A stretch of 36,370 nt of DNA from Octopus bimaculoides (Eukaryota). The notes under the pieces are model-generated. The model did not search any database. It was given only the letters and a program-made list of their open reading frames with translations, and had not been told where the DNA came from. The translations under genes and the position numbers were made by a program. Below, one piece after another: positions 32,826 to 36,370 of this stretch. The DNA is taken from NCBI RefSeq assembly GCF_001194135.2, contig NC_068995.1, positions 11,744,382 to 11,780,751 of the forward strand. The letters run 5' to 3'. Numbering within the stretch: the first letter of the stretch is position 1; every line of letters starts with the position of its first letter.

Positions 32826-34859
32826 CGAGCTATCTGATGAAGTGATTCATCCTTTATTTAATTAATGTTTTTTAAAAGTTAACGCTTCATAAATCTGAAT
32901 CTTATGATAAAACGGAATACTAGTTTAACTTGTATCCGAATACATGATGGTTTATTTCGTGAGGTGGATGATGGCATGCGTGTATGTGTGTGTGTGTGAG
33001 ACACACAGACACACATAGTCGATTGATTTGAATTTAGTGCGTCATTTTATTTTGTGTTTGAATGAAAGTAAAAACAAACGTTGAACAGTCAGTTGTACAA
33101 TATTCCTGATGCAAAATTTAACGTTCTTTGTCGGATATTGTTAATATTTCTGCTGTTGTTTTTGTTAATTTTGTTGTTGTTTTCGTTTAATTGACTTTAA
33201 CTGACGTAATGAAAGTTGATGTTCCAATGTGTGTTATATTGTCAATGCCCCAAAATTTACCATTCCATACCAGACCGTTAAATCTAATCTACACTGCTAA
33301 GTGAATAAATTAATGCCAAATCGATTTTGTTTATACGCGTTTGGATATCCAATATATGACTTCAGTAAAACATAACATAATCAATAATTATCAATATTTT
33401 ACTAAAGATATTCTGAAATATTTTTCCATTGCAAAAATTAAACAACAAAAACAACAACGATGATGACATCGACAATAAAAAAGAAAGGTAAAAATATTTG
33501 CAAACCTTTTTATTTATTTCTTATTTTCTACATCCTATTTCAATTTCGACTTTTTTTTCTTTTTTTTTTTTTGCCAAGGAACATTTCATCAACACCTTAT
33601 TCCTTTAACAAACAGGCAATTAAATTTATCAATTGAAACTTGTATTGTTTCGAATCCTTTATTTGGCGAATAATATAATTAATGAATGAAACACAGAAGG
33701 GGAATGCTGTTGAGAATCTTTTCACTACTGAAGCTATATATATAGATTTCTAAGGAATGAATTCACTATTCTTTCCGTGGTAATTTATCGATCTAATAGA
33801 CGTAATTTTCTGGAAAAAAAAATGGTTTTCTTTTATTTAATTTATATGTGCGTGNNNNNNNNNNNNNNNNNNNNNNNNNNNNNNNNNNNNNNNNNNNNNN
33901 NNNNNNNNNNNNNNNNNNNNNNNNNNNNNNNNNNNNNNNNNNNNNNNNNNNNNNNNNNNNNNNNNNNNNNNNNNNNNNNNNNNNNNNNNNNNNNNNNNNN
34001 NNNNNNNNNNNNNNNNNNNNNNNNNNNNNNNNNNNNNNNNNNNNNNNNNNNNNNNNNNNNNNNNNNNNNNNNNNNNNNNNNNNNNNNNNNNNNNNNNNNN
34101 NNNNNNNNNNNNNNNNNNNNNNNNNNNNNNNNNNNNNNNNNNNNNNNNNNNNNNNNNNNNNNNNNNNNNNNNNNNNNNNNNNNNNNNNNNNNNNNNNNNN
34201 NNNNNNNNNNNNNNNNNNNNNNNNNNNNNNNNNNNNNNNNNNNNNNNNNNNNNNNNNNNNNNNNNNNNNNNNNNNNNNNNNNNNNNNNNNNNNNNNNNNN
34301 NNNNNNNNNNNNNNNNNNNNNNNNNNNNNNNNNNNNNNNNNNNNNNNNNNNNNNNNNNNNNNNNNNNNNNNNNNNNNNNNNNNNNNNNNNNNNNNNNNNN
34401 NNNNNNNNNNNNNNNNNNNNNNNNNNNNNNNNNNNNNNNNNNNNNNNNNNNNNNNNNNNNNNNNNNNNNNNNNNNNNNNNNNNNNNNNNNNNNNNNNNNN
34501 NNNNNNNNNNNNNNNNNNNNNNNNNNNNNNNNNNNNNNNNNNNNNNNNNNNNNNNNNNNNNNNNNNNNNNNNNNNNNNNNNNNNNNNNNNNNNNNNNNNN
34601 NNNNNNNNNNNNNNNNNNNNNNNNNNNNNNNNNNNNNNNNNNNNNNNNNNNNNNNNNNNNNNNNNNNNNNNNNNNNNNNNNNNNNNNNNNNNNNNNNNNN
34701 NNNNNNNNNNNNNNNNNNNNNNNNNNNNNNNNNNNNNNNNNNNNNNNNNNNNNNNNNNNNNNNNNNNNAAGTTAGTCAGAATTTTGGATGACTATATTCA
34801 TTTTTATTCACATTTTAAGCGCTTACTTCAGTCATTAGATTTATCAAAAAAGTATATAT

Positions 34860-34875
34860 GTGTGTGTACACACAA

Positions 34876-34949
<74 letters not shown>

Positions 34950-35245
34950 TTGTCTACGTTTTGTTTGCAATATCCTGTACCCAGATATACACCTATATAT
35001 ACAGGTAGACGTAGGTATGCACATACCTGTACGTATATATGCATATACTCATTTATTATTTGTTATATATATATAAATATATATATATATACAACGTACC
35101 TCTTTCAATTTCCATCTATCATATCCACTGATAAGGCCTTCGTCGACCCGAGGCTATAGTAGACGACAACGCAGCCATGGTGCCACACAGTGGGACTGAA
35201 TCTAGAACCATGTGGTTGCGAAGCAAACTTCTCACCACGCCGCCG
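34860..35245 (-). mobile_element. SINE type B head (35095-35245) plus expanded central region
   Basis: cccgaggctatagtagacgac...gtgccacacagtgggactgaatctagaaccatgtggttg matches 3180-3285. Confidence 0.78.
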
Positions 35246-35310
35246 CATAAATCATGCGCGTTCGTGTGTGTGCGTGTTTGAGTGTGCATGCCTATATATA
35301 TATGCGTGAA

Positions 35311-35350
<40 letters not shown>

Positions 35351-35592
35351 AGTGTGCATGTATGTACGTATAATGTACACAGACACACACACACACACAT
35401 GCACACAGAAACATGTACGTAAGGATGTGTATATGCACACGTTCACAATTTGATTCGAAACTCCCTTTGCCATTAATATAAACCATTAAACAAAGGAAGT
35501 CAGTCGAGGTCAGATGAGCTTCTTAGTGTACATCCCGTCTCTCCCTCCCGTCTCCTTCTCCCCCTTTCTCTCTCCCAGTTTCTCTTTTTCTT

Positions 35593-35626
<34 letters not shown>

Positions 35627-35981
35627 CCTAACCGTCCTTTATTCCTCCCATCCCTTTATCACCACTGTCATGTACTTCCTCAGTGCACTTATTAACACGA
35701 CTTACCCTACCCTAGTCCTCGTGTTGATTGACAAATCAGCGAGATTCCAGGAGGGCTGGGTTTACTACACAGTCGCAGCCCAGTCTACTCACAGTATTTG
35801 AACTTAATACGCTCGGATAATTACATAGTATTAACATTATAGTGTGCCATTTTTATTACTATGAATACAATGAACATATTTCCGCATCTTTTGATGACAA
35901 CATGTGCCTAAAATGTGTAAAAATATTATATCGAAAATATTTGCGACAGAATCACAAAAACAATATTTGGAATATGTTCAT

Positions 35982-36321
35982 AGGAATTGGCTTGGTTATG
36001 TGGTACGATGCTTTCCTGCCAACCACATAGTTCCGGGTTCAGTCCCATTGTGTTGCACATTCTGCAAGAGATTTTTACTATAGCATCGAGCCGACCAAAT
36101 TCTTGTCAGTGGATTCTGTAGGCGGAAACTGAAAGAAGCTCGTCATATAAATGCATGTCTGCGCGCGCGCGCGTCTACGTTTGTGCCTATCATAGCTAGA
36201 CAAACGGTGTCGGTTTGTTTACGCACTCGTAACTTAGCGGTAGGCCGATAAATTAAGTAACAGGCATTAAAAACTAAGTAGTGGGATCAACTCATTCGAC
36301 TAACGACTGAAACAAGTAAAA

Positions 36322-36323
<2 letters not shown>
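35982..36323 (+). mobile_element. SINE type B, diverged full copy
   Basis: ggttatgtggtacg...ccaaccacatagttccgggttcagtccca...ggaaactgaaagaagctcgtc...gtaacttagcgg...gactgaaacaagtaaaagac. Confidence 0.8.

Positions 36324-36370
<47 letters not shown>

Noticed and set aside
2710-35801. Supplied ORFs rich in HT/YI/CV/SL/X, poly-S, poly-R or poly-N/I
   Set aside because: They are translations of (CA)n, (TA)n, (CT)n, (TAG)n, (CCT)n and (ATT)n tracts, N gaps or SINE bodies, with no domain content.
36161-36173. (GC)6 run as a Z-DNA or CpG signal
   Set aside because: It lies in the mutable microsatellite spacer of a SINE B copy and is most simply a (GT)n-to-(GC)n variant.

Overview
AT-rich eukaryotic, non-coding-looking DNA from a fragmented draft assembly. 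It has 12 N-gaps (548-557, 6943-7075, 7594-7847, 9393-9423, 11959-11968, 12787-13543, 17010-17955, 19555-19564, 23325-23334, 26268-26277, 31999-32369, 33855-34768), most of them bordered by microsatellites. The repeats look like an octopus genome; this is recognition from memory, not a database result. No host protein-coding gene can be supported. Nearly all supplied ORFs are microsatellite, gap or SINE read-throughs, and a few overlap decayed transposon coding sequence. The window holds more than 25 copies or fragments of four tRNA-headed SINE types (labelled A-D here; these are my labels, not official names), two internally deleted Tc1/mariner DD..D elements with TA target duplications, two hAT-type MITEs, and remnants of three LINE clades (Tx1/L1-like RT, R4/Dong-like REL endonuclease end, RTE-like end). 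The most notable observations are: (i) a broken minimal hammerhead-ribozyme motif in a Penelope-like fragment fused to a SINE head (18787-18825, minus); (ii) a nested cluster at 28.9-31.7 kb where removing a mariner restores the reading frame of a Dong-like LINE; (iii) two separate 32-bp-period minisatellites, one clearly and one possibly SINE-derived; (iv) weak splice-signal evidence for scattered exons, including a possible signal-peptide exon on the minus strand. There is no CRISPR array, rRNA or functional tRNA.
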